Source of the DNA: an uncultured Planctomycetales bacterium
GTDB taxonomy: Bacteria; Omnitrophota; Gorgyraeia; Gygaellales; Profunditerraquicolaceae
Direction: 5' to 3'
Length of the DNA stretch: 64,000 nt
NCBI GenBank assembly: GCA_964645795.1
Contig: CAZYCL010000004.1
Span: 21,830-85,829, forward strand
The notes beneath the pieces are model-generated. The model saw only the letters and a program-made list of their open reading frames with translations. It searched no databases and was not told the origin of the DNA. How positions within the stretch are numbered: position 1 is the first letter of the stretch; every line of letters begins with the position of its first letter. The position numbers and the translations under genes are program-made. Below, in pieces: positions 37,203 through 46,801 of the stretch.

Positions 37203-38612
37203 ATGAAAAGAATACTGGCTTGTGCCATCATTTTGGCCCTTTTTTACGGATGTTGCGGCCGCACCGTAGAACCAAAGGACAGGGGTCCCGTGAAGGGGGT
37301 CCCCCACATCAAGCACTTTATAAAGGCAGACCGGGTTTTGATCCTTGCCCCGCACCCCGACGACGAGGCTATAGGTTGCGCCGGGATAATCCAGGATGCT
37401 TTGGGCTCGGGGGCCAGGGTGCGCGTATGCTTTCTTACCAACGGGGATCATAACCAGGTCGCTTTCATAATCTATGAGAAGAGGCTGGTCCTGAGGAAGA
37501 ACGAGTTTATATATCTTGGCCAGGTGCGCCGCAAGGAATCCGTCAAGGCGATGGCGTCCCTGGGCCTGGAAGAAAAAGACCTGGTGTTTTTGGGATATCC
37601 GGATTTCGGCACCTTTACTATTTTTTCCCAATACTGGCAGAGCCGCAAGCCCTTTAAGAGCTGGCTTACGCGCATATCGCAGGTGCCCTACAAAAACAAT
37701 CTTTCCTACGGGGCCCCGTATGTCGCAGAGAGCATATTAGAAGACCTAAAGCAAGTGCTTGCCGCTTACAAGCCGACGAAGATCTTTGTATCGCATCCGG
37801 CCGACGTCAATTGTGACCACCGTTCCTTCTATCTTTTCCTGCAGATCGCGCTAAGGGATCTTAAGGGCAAGATCCCGCCCCCCGAAGTTTACCCCTACCT
37901 TATCCACTGCGTGGGTTGGCCATCCCCAAGGTCTTATCATCCCAAACTTGACCTTTTGCCTCCGCAGAAATTCAAGAATTCGCGGATCAACTGGCTGGTG
38001 TCGGCTTTGGACCGCCAACAGCTTGAGAAGAAACACAAGGCGATACTCGCTTATAAGAGCCAGACGCAATCAAGCGCATTTTATCTTTTGGCATTTGCGC
38101 GCAAGAACGAGCTGTTCGGTGATTATCCGGCGATAGAACTGACCAGGCAAAGACAGGAGGGGGCGCGAGGCATCAGCTATTCGGAGGAGTCGGTAATTTA
38201 TCATGAAGCCGCGGGAGGCTTGACAGACGGCAGGCAGGAGGAGGGAAAGCTTGGCACGGTAAGCTACGCGGTAGTAAACGACCAGCTGCTCATCCGTATC
38301 CAGAAAGACCAGGAGACGCATTCGACTTTCAGCTTCATGGCCTACCTCTTCGGATATAATAAGAACGTGCCTTTTGCCAAGATGCCCAAGATCCGCATAC
38401 AGACCAGGAATCGCAGTTTCAGGGTGTTTGAAGGCAAGAGGGCCGTGGCCGCCGAAGGCGTATGGTTTAAGCAGGAGCACCGGTCAGCTACCCTCGGGGT
38501 GCCGCTTGAGCTTTTGGGCGAACCTGATTTTATATTGGCTTCGCTTAAGGTGCGCCGGGGCATCCTGCCGGTGGATGCCTCGGCTTTCAGGAAGATAGAG
38601 ATCAAAAGATAG
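37203..38612 (+). CDS. PIG-L/LmbE-family N-acetylglucosaminyl deacetylase with ~220-aa C-terminal extension
   Basis: 'VLILAPHPDDEAIGCAGII' and 'HPADVNCDHRS' are LmbE metal-ligand motifs. Lipoprotein-like N-terminus (GCC). Confidence 0.6.
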   Translation: MKRILACAIILALFYGCCGRTVEPKDRGPVKGVPHIKHFIKADRVLILAPHPDDEAIGCAGIIQDALGSGARVRVCFLTNGDHNQVAFIIYEKRLVLRKNEFIYLGQVRRKESVKAMASLGLEEKDLVFLGYPDFGTFTIFSQYWQSRKPFKSWLTRISQVPYKNNLSYGAPYVAESILEDLKQVLAAYKPTKIFVSHPADVNCDHRSFYLFLQIALRDLKGKIPPPEVYPYLIHCVGWPSPRSYHPKLDLLPPQKFKNSRINWLVSALDRQQLEKKHKAILAYKSQTQSSAFYLLAFARKNELFGDYPAIELTRQRQEGARGISYSEESVIYHEAAGGLTDGRQEEGKLGTVSYAVVNDQLLIRIQKDQETHSTFSFMAYLFGYNKNVPFAKMPKIRIQTRNRSFRVFEGKRAVAAEGVWFKQEHRSATLGVPLELLGEPDFILASLKVRRGILPVDASAFRKIEIKR

Positions 38613-38637
38613 TGACGGCAGGGCAAGGAGCAAGGAG

Positions 38638-39132
38638 GTGGTCGGCATGGAGCTTAAAAGCATAAAGATAAAAAAGCCGGATGAGGTAAATCTCATATTA
38701 GGGCAAAGCCATTTTATCAAAACGGTAGAGGACCTGTTTGAGGCTTTGGTTGCATCCGTCGACGGAATAAAATTCGGATTTGCCTTCGCGGAATCAAGCG
38801 GCGCCTGCAAAATACGCTGCGAAGGGACTGATCCGGAGCTAAAAGCCCTGGCAGCCCAGAATATGCTTGAGATCGGCGCGGGGCATGCCTTCCTGGTATT
38901 GTTGCGTAACGCCTACCCCATCAACGTGTTGAATGCAGTAAAGAACATCCACGAGGTCTGCGGGATTTACTGCGCCACCGCTAATCCCGTGGAGGTGATC
39001 GTAGCAGAGGGCAAATCCGGCGGCAGGGGCATATTAGGAGTGATCGACGGTGCAAGGCCCGAGGGGATAGAGACGCAGGATGATATCAAGTGGCGCAAAG
39101 ACCTGTTGCGCAAGATCGGATACAAGCTCTAA
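38638..39132 (+). CDS. conserved 164-aa protein, PF04008-like (adenosine-specific kinase family) - tentative
   Basis: Pattern 'VNLILGQSHFIKTVEDLFEAL', 'PINVLNAVKNIHEVCGIYCATANPVEVIVAE', 'GILGVIDG' and 'LRKIGYKL' recalls the small archaeal/bacterial family. Assignment is from memory only. Confidence 0.35.
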   Translation: MVGMELKSIKIKKPDEVNLILGQSHFIKTVEDLFEALVASVDGIKFGFAFAESSGACKIRCEGTDPELKALAAQNMLEIGAGHAFLVLLRNAYPINVLNAVKNIHEVCGIYCATANPVEVIVAEGKSGGRGILGVIDGARPEGIETQDDIKWRKDLLRKIGYKL

Positions 39133-39194
39133 AAGCCATATCCAGCTTGATTACTTGTTCAATTCTGATATAATTATAGCCGGTTAGCGGCATC

Positions 39195-40115
39195 ATGGAT
39201 AATAAGAAGATAAGAAAAGCATTAAGTCATTTCGCCGGACGCGCAGGCCTGGGTTTCTGTTCTTTGATAGTAAAGTTCACGCCGCAGCGCTGCCTCTATG
39301 GCCTGGCTGAAGGGCTGGCCTCGATAGGTTATACCTTTGCCAAAAGACAAAGGAATATCGCCCTGGACAGCCTCTCCAAAGCCTTCGGAAAAGATCTGCC
39401 CAGGCAGAAGCTGGAGGCCATAGCCAGAGACTGCTTTCGCGATATGGCCAAATCTGCGCTGGAGCTGCTTTTTCTCATGGACCGGCCCGGGCTGCTTAAG
39501 AGGAGCGTAAGCTTCAAGGGGCTTGATAACCTGAAGGCCGCTCTTCTAAGGGGAAAAGGGGCGGTCCTGGTAAGCGCCCACTTCGGCAACTTCCCGCTTT
39601 TGATGGCAAAGCTGGCCCTTGAGGATTACGATATCTCGGGGATAATGCGGCCGATGCGCGACAGCCGGGTGGAAAAGCTGTTTATGGAAAAACGCCAGAG
39701 GCTCAAGGTCAAGACCATCTACAGCCAGCCCAGGGACACCTGCGTAAACGCCACTATCCAGTCGCTCAGGGCCAACGGCCTTGTTTTCATACCCCTTGAC
39801 CAGAACTTCGGCACGGCGGGAGTATTCGTAGATTTCTTCGGCCAGAAGGCGGCGACTGCTACCGGCCCGGTGATATTCGCTCAGCGCACAGACGCGGCCT
39901 TGATCCCATGTTTTATAGTAAGGAAGCCGGATAATACCCATGAGATCATCTTTGAGCCGCAGCTGGAGCTGGAAGAGGTTAAGGAAGGCCAGAACGCCGT
40001 GCGCATCAATGTCCAGAGGATAACGGATGTTATCGAAAGATATATAAGAAAGTACCCGCATCAATGGGGATGGATCCATAGAAGGTGGAAGAGCAGGCCA
40101 AAAGAGGAAAGTTAA
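39195..40115 (+). CDS. lipid A biosynthesis (Kdo)2-lipid IVA acyltransferase, LpxL/HtrB family
   Basis: Lysophospholipid acyltransferase motif 'VLVSAHFGNFPL' (HX4D-like region) and 'HQWGWIHRRWK' typical C-terminus. Confidence 0.7.
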   Translation: MDNKKIRKALSHFAGRAGLGFCSLIVKFTPQRCLYGLAEGLASIGYTFAKRQRNIALDSLSKAFGKDLPRQKLEAIARDCFRDMAKSALELLFLMDRPGLLKRSVSFKGLDNLKAALLRGKGAVLVSAHFGNFPLLMAKLALEDYDISGIMRPMRDSRVEKLFMEKRQRLKVKTIYSQPRDTCVNATIQSLRANGLVFIPLDQNFGTAGVFVDFFGQKAATATGPVIFAQRTDAALIPCFIVRKPDNTHEIIFEPQLELEEVKEGQNAVRINVQRITDVIERYIRKYPHQWGWIHRRWKSRPKEES

Positions 40116-40127
40116 AAGGAGGGCGAG

Positions 40128-40328
40128 ATGGCAGAAGAGGTAAAAAAACCGGAGGGAAAGAACGTTTTTTCCGTGATCATCAAGGTCATCTTGGGGCTGG
40201 GGTTCTTGACTCTGGGGGTTATGGCGGTAATGAGGTGGTGGATGCTTATCCTCTGGGTAGCCAAGGCTTGCGTAGGCCCGTTTCTTATCCTGGCAGGCAT
40301 AATCACCCTGGCCATAGCCAAGGAGTAA
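40128..40328 (+). CDS. small two-TM membrane protein
   Basis: 66 aa, two hydrophobic helices. Good RBS 'aaaggaggg'. Confidence 0.3.
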   Translation: MAEEVKKPEGKNVFSVIIKVILGLGFLTLGVMAVMRWWMLILWVAKACVGPFLILAGIITLAIAKE

Positions 40329-40357
40329 CGGCTGGATACCGGTCAAGTGTCATTTAA

Positions 40358-40397
40358 GGGGGCCCGAAGACAGACGTGGCCCCCCTTATTTTTTATT
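40358..40397 (+). terminator. rho-independent terminator
   Basis: 'gggggcc-N13-ggccccc' followed by 'ttattttttatt'. Confidence 0.6.
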
Positions 40398-40399
40398 CC

Positions 40400-40427
40400 T
40401 TGACATCAAAGTTATTTCTGATATAGT
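40400..40427 (+). promoter_or_regulatory. near-consensus sigma70-type promoter of the hydrogenase operon
   Basis: TTGACA (40400-40405), 16-nt spacer, TATAGT (40422-40427). Confidence 0.45.
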
Positions 40428-40435
40428 ATTGACAA

Positions 40436-40469
40436 TTCACCCTGGAAAAGGGTGAATTTTTTGTTTTTT
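40436..40469 (+). promoter_or_regulatory. terminator-like leader hairpin (candidate attenuator) between promoter and first hydrogenase gene
   Basis: 'ttcaccc-tggaaaa-gggtgaa' followed by a 13-nt T-run, ending 6 nt before the ATG at 40476. Confidence 0.4.
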
Positions 40470-40475
40470 AGGCAT

Positions 40476-41909
40476 ATGAGCTACGAAAACACGCTTAAAT
40501 TAATAATAATAATTCCTGTTATAGGCGCTTTCCTGCTGCCGCTTCTGGGCCGCCTAAGCGCAGGCTTAAGGAATGGCCTTGCCCTGGCTTTTACCTCTTC
40601 TTCTTTTGCCCTTTCTCTTTCCCTGGTGCCCCTGGTTATGGGGGGAGGTTCGGTTTCGTTCTTTAAGGGGCTGCCCCTGGGATTCGACCTTTACTTCATG
40701 GCGGATGGCCTGGCGGTATTTATGGCCTGCGTTTCTTCACTGGTCAGTTCCGTCATAGTCCTTTACTCTTTCGGTTATATAAACCACTACCGTAACCAGA
40801 ACGAATACTACTGCATGGTAGTCCTGTTCATGGGCGCCATGATGGGGCTGGTCTTTTCCGCAAACCTGATCATACTCTACGTTTTTTGGGAGATCACCGC
40901 TATTACCAGCTGGAGGCTGATAGGGTTCTTTCGCAAGAAAGAGTATGTGCTAAAAGCCGACAAATCATTTCTGGTTACGGTCTTTGGAGCCGTAGCTATG
41001 CTTTTAGGGCTGGTCGCGATCTACCAGCAGACAGGCTCGTTTAATATCGTCGACCTTCAGGATATGAAGCTAGGGAATCTGGCCGCGCTCCTGATCCTTG
41101 CCGGCATACTCTCCAAATCCGCGACGCTGCCCTTCCATACCTGGCTTCCCGATGCGGGTGTGGCGCCGTCTCCGGTGACCGCCCTTCTTCACGCCGCGGT
41201 GCTGGTTAAGATCGGAGTTTATGTATTCGCGCGCCTTTTTATCGTCGTTTTCGGACTGGAGGGTTTTTGGCAGGCCGTTGTCCTGCTCATCGCAGTTGCC
41301 AGCACCCTGATCTCTGCCGGCGCCGCCCTTATCGAGACGGACCTTAAGCGTATCATCGCCTACTCTACCATCAGTCAGATCGGCTTTATATTCTTCGGCC
41401 TGGCTAGCGATAACCCGCTGGGCGTAGCCGGGGCGATGCTTTATATACTTATGCACGGTATTGCCAAAGCGGGGCTGTTCCTCTGCGCCGGCATAGTCGA
41501 ACAGAACACCAAGAACAAAGATATCACCAGGCTCGGCGGCCTCATCCGGACCATGCCGGTAACCGCAGTGTCGTTTTTGGTCTGCGCATTTTCGGTCATG
41601 GGCATCCCTCCCTTAGGCGGTTTTTTCAGCAAATACATGGTGTTCGCCGGAGCTATAAACGCTCGCCAGTTTTTCATTTCCTTTGTATTCTTGGCCGGCG
41701 CGATCATGACGGTGGTTTATCTGTTCAGGGTCTTTAACCTGGTCTTCCTGGGAGAAGAGAAGGCCCCTTTTGCCAAGGAGAGGCAGCCGGTAATGGTCTT
41801 TTCGGTAGCGTTATTGGCGCTGCTGTCCGTCCTGGGAGGGGTATTCATTAATTATCCCGCCGGTTTTGCGCAAGAGTGCGCGCGGCAGATGCTGGGGTTT
41901 GTGCAATGA
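40476..41909 (+). CDS. group-4 hydrogenase membrane subunit, Mrp/NuoL-M-N antiporter-like (1 of 3)
   Basis: Proton-antiporter core 'LPFHTWLPDAGVAPSPVTALLHAAVLVKIGVYV'. ORF-track GTG 40452 lies inside the leader T-run, so the ATG at 40476 was chosen. Confidence 0.7.
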   Translation: MSYENTLKLIIIIPVIGAFLLPLLGRLSAGLRNGLALAFTSSSFALSLSLVPLVMGGGSVSFFKGLPLGFDLYFMADGLAVFMACVSSLVSSVIVLYSFGYINHYRNQNEYYCMVVLFMGAMMGLVFSANLIILYVFWEITAITSWRLIGFFRKKEYVLKADKSFLVTVFGAVAMLLGLVAIYQQTGSFNIVDLQDMKLGNLAALLILAGILSKSATLPFHTWLPDAGVAPSPVTALLHAAVLVKIGVYVFARLFIVVFGLEGFWQAVVLLIAVASTLISAGAALIETDLKRIIAYSTISQIGFIFFGLASDNPLGVAGAMLYILMHGIAKAGLFLCAGIVEQNTKNKDITRLGGLIRTMPVTAVSFLVCAFSVMGIPPLGGFFSKYMVFAGAINARQFFISFVFLAGAIMTVVYLFRVFNLVFLGEEKAPFAKERQPVMVFSVALLALLSVLGGVFINYPAGFAQECARQMLGFVQ

Positions 41910-43735
41910 GCGTTGATTATTTGCTGTTACCCGTTTTAATACCGCTGGGCGGCTCTATCTTGGCGCTTATCTTTAACAGGGTTAGAGGCGCAAGGGAAGC
42001 GGTAGTGCTTTCCGCCACACTTCTCAACCTCCTGACAGGGATCTTCCTTTTTAATAAAGAGCTCTATTATGGCCGCGCATGGTTCTCGGGGTTTGATTTT
42101 CTGCTCAGGCTCTATCCTTTCAGCTCATTTGGGATACTGGCAATATCGTTCTTTGTTTTTCTTATAAGCCTCTATTCCTGTGGGTTCCTTAAGGGCAAGC
42201 TTTATGCCGGCTATTTCTATTTCTACCTGTTGCTGTGCACAGCCTTTGCCCAGGGGGCGATGCTGGCGGACCACCTTATTGTCCTGCTCTTTTTTTGGGA
42301 AGGCCTGCTTATATCGCTGTTCGGGATGATCGCCATCACCGGGCCTGGCGCGTTTAAGACCGCTACCAAGGCTTTTATCATCGTCGGTATCGCAGACCTC
42401 TGTATGATGGTAGGCATTGCCATCACGGGGTTTTTGGCCAAAACGCTTACTATTTCCAAGCTTCATCTGGGGATTGAGGGTTGGGGGGCGGCGGCATTCC
42501 TACTTTTATTCATAGGCGCCATATCCAAGGCCGGCTCCATGCCGTTTCACACCTGGATACCCGATGCCGCAACAGATGCGCCGCTGCCGTTCATGGCGCT
42601 TATCCCGGGCGCGCTGGAAAAGCTCGTAGGGATATACTTGCTTACCCGGATATCCCTGGACATGTTCAGGCTCGATCCGCATTCGGGCATGAGCATACTG
42701 ATGATGGCCGTCGGGGCGGCTACGATCCTGTTGGCGGTGATGATGGCGCTTATCCAGAAGGATTACAAAAGGCTGCTTTCATATCATGCCATAAGCCAGG
42801 TGGGCTACATGGTCCTGGGCATAGGCACGGCGCTGCCCGTGGGTATAATCGGCGGGCTTTTTCACATGCTCAACAACGCTTTGTACAAAAGCTGCCTGTT
42901 CCTCACCGCCGGTGCCGTGGAAAGACAGGCGGGGACCACTAGCCTCTCAAAACTCGGTGGTTTGCGCTTCGGGATGCCGGTGACGTTTGTTTGTTTCGTG
43001 GTAACCGCCGCCTCCATATCGGGAGTCCCGCCTTTTAACGGGTTCTTCTCCAAGGAGCTGGTATATGAGGCGGCACTGGAAAGGGGGCTGTTATTTTATC
43101 TGGCGGCCCTGGCCGGCTCATTTTTTACCGCTGCCTCTTTCCTGAAATTAGGGCACGCCGCTTTTATCGGTAAAACCGCCGGGCAATACCAGGAAGTAAA
43201 GGAAGCGCCCTGGGGGATGCTTTTACCGATGATAATGATCGCATTTCTATGTACGGCCTTCGGGTTGTTCAACTCCCTGCCGATAAACAGCTTCTTTATG
43301 GGCGTCCTGGGAGAGGAAGCCAGAGCCGCCCATCATTTTTCCGGCTGGCCGCAGAACCCGGTGTTAGTGGTTTCAAGCCTTGCAGTGCTGCTGGGGGCGG
43401 CCCTCAATCATTACTTCGGAGTCAGATCCACGGGAAGCGGCTTGAAGGCCTCGGATCACATACATTATGCCCCGTTTTTACATGCCTTATACGATAAAGC
43501 CGAGCAGAGGCGGTTCGATCCTTTCGAGTGGGGCATGAGTCTCATGGGCGTTGTTTCACGGGCGGCGCTGGCTTTAGACCGTATCATAGACTGGATATAT
43601 GACGGGCTGGCCGTCGGGCTTACGGGTTTTTGCGCAAGGCAAATCAAGGGGCTTCACTCCGGGAGTTATTCCCTTTATCTGGGGTGGGGTTTGATCGCTA
43701 CAGCCGCCGTGATATTTTTCATTCTCGGCGTATAG
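41906..43735 (+). CDS. group-4 hydrogenase membrane subunit, MrpA/NuoL/HyfB-like antiporter (2 of 3)
   Basis: 610 aa with 'MPFHTWIPDAATDAPLPFMALIPGALEKLVGIY'. ATGA overlap with the upstream gene. Confidence 0.65.
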   Translation: MSVDYLLLPVLIPLGGSILALIFNRVRGAREAVVLSATLLNLLTGIFLFNKELYYGRAWFSGFDFLLRLYPFSSFGILAISFFVFLISLYSCGFLKGKLYAGYFYFYLLLCTAFAQGAMLADHLIVLLFFWEGLLISLFGMIAITGPGAFKTATKAFIIVGIADLCMMVGIAITGFLAKTLTISKLHLGIEGWGAAAFLLLFIGAISKAGSMPFHTWIPDAATDAPLPFMALIPGALEKLVGIYLLTRISLDMFRLDPHSGMSILMMAVGAATILLAVMMALIQKDYKRLLSYHAISQVGYMVLGIGTALPVGIIGGLFHMLNNALYKSCLFLTAGAVERQAGTTSLSKLGGLRFGMPVTFVCFVVTAASISGVPPFNGFFSKELVYEAALERGLLFYLAALAGSFFTAASFLKLGHAAFIGKTAGQYQEVKEAPWGMLLPMIMIAFLCTAFGLFNSLPINSFFMGVLGEEARAAHHFSGWPQNPVLVVSSLAVLLGAALNHYFGVRSTGSGLKASDHIHYAPFLHALYDKAEQRRFDPFEWGMSLMGVVSRAALALDRIIDWIYDGLAVGLTGFCARQIKGLHSGSYSLYLGWGLIATAAVIFFILGV

Positions 43736-43753
43736 GTTATAAGAAAGGCGCAA

Positions 43754-45184
43754 GTGTCGATCCTTTTTATTTTACTCCCGTTTTTGTGCGTTATACTGCT
43801 TAACCTTCTGCCTAGAAGGTCGGCTGGTAGAGCCGCCGCTGCCGTGGCGGCGTTATTCTGCCTTGCCCAGACAGCGGTAGTGTCGTCGGGTAAGCTTTTG
43901 GGGCTGCTGTCGGCCCGGGCGGCAGGCATATCCGGTTTTGACCCGAAGCTGGATGCCCTGACAAGATTGGTGCTTTTGTGCATCGGTATAGTGGCCTGCG
44001 TTAGCGTTGTCGCAGGAGAAGCGCTTATCAAAGATGAGAAAAGAAGGTTCAACTTTGCCTGCCTGGTGCTTTTGGCAGTCGCGGGGATGAACGGGGTGGC
44101 CACGGTTGGCGACATATTTTCCCTTTATGTGTATCTGGAGATTACCGCAGTCGTTTCGTTTGTTCTTATCGCCTTTGAGCGAAAGCTCGACGCCCTGGAA
44201 GGGGCTTTCAAATATATCGTGATGTCGGCACTGGCTACGGTCATGATGCTTAGTGCCATATCCATAATGTTTTTTTGCTGCGGCTCAACCTCTTTTGACG
44301 CCCTTTACGCCGCGCTAAAAGTGCAGACCCATAACCAGCTGTTGATGCTTGCTGTGGGGTTGTTAGTCTGCGGTTTCTTCATAAAAAGCGGGCTTATCCC
44401 TTTCCACGGCTGGCTGCCGGACGCTTACTCCGCTTGCCCGTCATGCGTCTCGATCCTTTTGGCCGGCATAATCACCAAGGTTTGCGGTGTCTATGTGCTG
44501 ATGCGGCTGGTTATTTCAGTGTTCGGTTTTACCTTAGCCGTCGGTCAGGCGCTTTTATTCATCGGGGCGTTATCTGTGGTTGCCGGCGCTTTAGCAAGCC
44601 TGGCCCAGAACGACTTTAAAAGGATGCTTGCGTATTCTAGCATCAGCCAGATGGGCTACATAATCATGGGCCTGGGATGCGGCTCTCCTTTAGGCCTTTG
44701 CGGGGCGGCCTTCCATCTTTTTAACCACGCGGTCTTTAAGTCTTTATTATTTGTCAACGCCGCGGCAGTAGAAGAGCAGTCCGGCACCGGGGACCTGGAT
44801 AAGATATCGGGGCTTGCGGAGAAGATGCCCATTACCGGCCTGACTTGCGCCCTGGCCAGCCTTTCCACCGCCGGGATACCTCCGCTATCGGGTTTCTGGA
44901 GCAAGCTTGTTATCATCATGGCGCTCTGGGCCGGCGGCTTTAGGGCATATGCTGCGATCGCCGTTTTTGCCAGCGTTATAACGCTGGCGTACTTTCTTTC
45001 GTTGCAGAGGAGGGCGTTCTTCGGTATCTTGCCGGATGAGCTTAGCGACATCAAGGAAGCGGGTCTTGCGCTGAGCCTAGTGGCGCTGCTTTTGGCCTGC
45101 ATTACCGTAGGCGCAGGAATATTCTTTCCTGTGCTGTTAAATAACTTTATCATGCCCGTAGCGGTAGAAGTCTTAGGAGGTTAG
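43754..45184 (+). CDS. group-4 hydrogenase membrane subunit, MrpD/NuoM-N-like antiporter (3 of 3)
   Basis: 'IPFHGWLPDAYSACPSCVSILLAGIITKVCGVYV'. Confidence 0.65.
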   Translation: MSILFILLPFLCVILLNLLPRRSAGRAAAAVAALFCLAQTAVVSSGKLLGLLSARAAGISGFDPKLDALTRLVLLCIGIVACVSVVAGEALIKDEKRRFNFACLVLLAVAGMNGVATVGDIFSLYVYLEITAVVSFVLIAFERKLDALEGAFKYIVMSALATVMMLSAISIMFFCCGSTSFDALYAALKVQTHNQLLMLAVGLLVCGFFIKSGLIPFHGWLPDAYSACPSCVSILLAGIITKVCGVYVLMRLVISVFGFTLAVGQALLFIGALSVVAGALASLAQNDFKRMLAYSSISQMGYIIMGLGCGSPLGLCGAAFHLFNHAVFKSLLFVNAAAVEEQSGTGDLDKISGLAEKMPITGLTCALASLSTAGIPPLSGFWSKLVIIMALWAGGFRAYAAIAVFASVITLAYFLSLQRRAFFGILPDELSDIKEAGLALSLVALLLACITVGAGIFFPVLLNNFIMPVAVEVLGG

Positions 45185-45186
45185 TT

Positions 45187-45678
45187 TTGTTTCTGTTCAT
45201 CGTTTTATTGGCGCTTTTGGTCTTGGCATCCCTCTGGACCATAATGACAAGCACTTTATTGTTTTCGGCTATCGGGCTGGCCCTGACCAGCGTAGTTTTG
45301 ACCATTCTGATCTTCAGTATGGGTTCCTCGCTGGCAGCGGTTTTTGAGCTTTCTGTCTGCGCGGGGCTGATCTCGGTGCTGTTTATCAGCGCCATAAGCC
45401 TGACCGAAGCTGCCAGCCCCAAGCGGCTGCTTGAGCTGGCCAAAGAAAAGGCCGCCCGTTACCGCCTGCTCCCCCTGGCGATCATCGTTTTGGCGGCGCT
45501 GGCCTATTTTGTGCGGCCCGAGTTCGATGCGATAAAGGTTTCAATGGCTTCCGGGATCGACGATGCGCGCCTCATCCTGTGGGGGAACAGGCAGCTGGAT
45601 ATCCTCGGCCAGATAATCATCCTTATCTGCGGGGTCTTTGGCGTACTCATACTCTTTAAGGAAGGGCATAAGAAATGA
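45187..45678 (+). CDS. MnhB/MrpB-like small membrane subunit
   Basis: 163 aa, four TM. Typical position and size of Mbh/Mrp B-type subunits. Confidence 0.5.
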   Translation: MFLFIVLLALLVLASLWTIMTSTLLFSAIGLALTSVVLTILIFSMGSSLAAVFELSVCAGLISVLFISAISLTEAASPKRLLELAKEKAARYRLLPLAIIVLAALAYFVRPEFDAIKVSMASGIDDARLILWGNRQLDILGQIIILICGVFGVLILFKEGHKK

Positions 45679-45995
45679 GCCTGAACCAGCCGGTTTTATT
45701 TTATCTGGCCTGTATTGCAGCGCTGATGCTGGCGGTTGCCGGCCTTTATTGTCTTTTGGTAACCCGCAATTTGATCAGGGCGCTGATAGGCCTGGAGATC
45801 ATCATCAAGGCGGTTACGTTATTGATCATCACCGTGGGTTTTTACTCGGGGCAATCCGCCTTTGCCCAGGCCATGGTCATAACCCTGATCGTTGTCGAAG
45901 TGGTTATAATGACCGTGGCCGTGGGAGTGGTTATCGGGATACACCGCAGGTGCGGCTCATTGGATACGCATAATATAAGGAACCTCAAAGGTTGA
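45675..45995 (+). CDS. NuoK/MrpC-like membrane subunit
   Basis: 'LIRALIGLEIIIKAVTLLII' matches the NuoK/ND4L 'LxGLEImLNAxNL' pattern. Confidence 0.6.
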   Translation: MSLNQPVLFYLACIAALMLAVAGLYCLLVTRNLIRALIGLEIIIKAVTLLIITVGFYSGQSAFAQAMVITLIVVEVVIMTVAVGVVIGIHRRCGSLDTHNIRNLKG

Positions 45996-46330
45996 ACATG
46001 ACCAGCTTATTGAAAAATCCGGCTTCCGCCTTTTTAATGGTCCTGGCGGTTTCTTATCTGGCGGCCCTATTTTTCTCGCGTCTTTCCTGGCGCGGCAAAG
46101 ATGTCAGTGCGGCAGGCAAGAAGCCGTATGCCTGCGGAGAGGATTCTTATGACCATCAGGCCAATCCCGATTACAGCAGCTTTTTCCCGTTCGCATTTTT
46201 CTTTACTCTGGCCCACGTTGCCTGCATGATCATTACCATTCTGCCCAAGGCCGATCATGGGGCATTTGTGTTGGCAGCGGTTTTTATCCTCGCGACATTG
46301 GCGGGGCTGCGCATACTGCTTAAGGGGTAA
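45992..46330 (+). CDS. small membrane subunit (MbhI/NuoA-like)
   Basis: 112 aa, three TM. Lies between NuoK-like and NuoB-like genes. Confidence 0.4.
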   Translation: MNMTSLLKNPASAFLMVLAVSYLAALFFSRLSWRGKDVSAAGKKPYACGEDSYDHQANPDYSSFFPFAFFFTLAHVACMIITILPKADHGAFVLAAVFILATLAGLRILLKG

Positions 46331-46335
46331 GCGTT

Positions 46336-46791
46336 ATGGAGATTATAAAAAAGGTCGTTATCTGGGCCCGCCTGAAATCGCCCTGGATAATCCATTTTAA
46401 CAGCGGCGCCTGCAACGGCTGCGACATCGAGATAATCGCCGCCCTTACCCCAAGCTATGATTTGGAGAGGTTCGGGATACAGCTTAAAGGGACTCCCCGC
46501 CACGCCGACATCCTGATATGCACCGGGCCCGTTACCAGGCAGATCGAAGACAGGCTTGTAAGAATATACGAGCAGATGACCGAGCCAAAGTTTGTGGTAG
46601 CTGTCGGGACCTGTGCCTGCACCGGAGGGGTTTTTGCCGGTCTCTATAATATCAAGGGCGGGATAAACACGGTTATCCCGGTTTCGGCTTATATACCGGG
46701 ATGCCCGGCCAGCCCCAAGGCGATCATTGACGGAGTAGTCAAGCTTTTGGCCGGCTATGAGACCAGCCGGGAGGATCATCCTGGACCCTAA
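46336..46791 (+). CDS. [NiFe] hydrogenase small subunit / NuoB-like (proximal 4Fe-4S)
   Basis: Four conserved Cys: 'CNGCD', 'GTCACTGG', 'IPGCPASP'. Confidence 0.75.
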   Translation: MEIIKKVVIWARLKSPWIIHFNSGACNGCDIEIIAALTPSYDLERFGIQLKGTPRHADILICTGPVTRQIEDRLVRIYEQMTEPKFVVAVGTCACTGGVFAGLYNIKGGINTVIPVSAYIPGCPASPKAIIDGVVKLLAGYETSREDHPGP

Positions 46792-46801
46792 GAGGAGCCT
46801 T

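Noticed and set aside
40452-40475. GTG 40452 as the start of the first hydrogenase membrane subunit
   Set aside because: It lies inside the T-run of the leader hairpin and would add 'VNFLFFRH' before a Met. The ATG at 40476 gives a sensible N-terminus.
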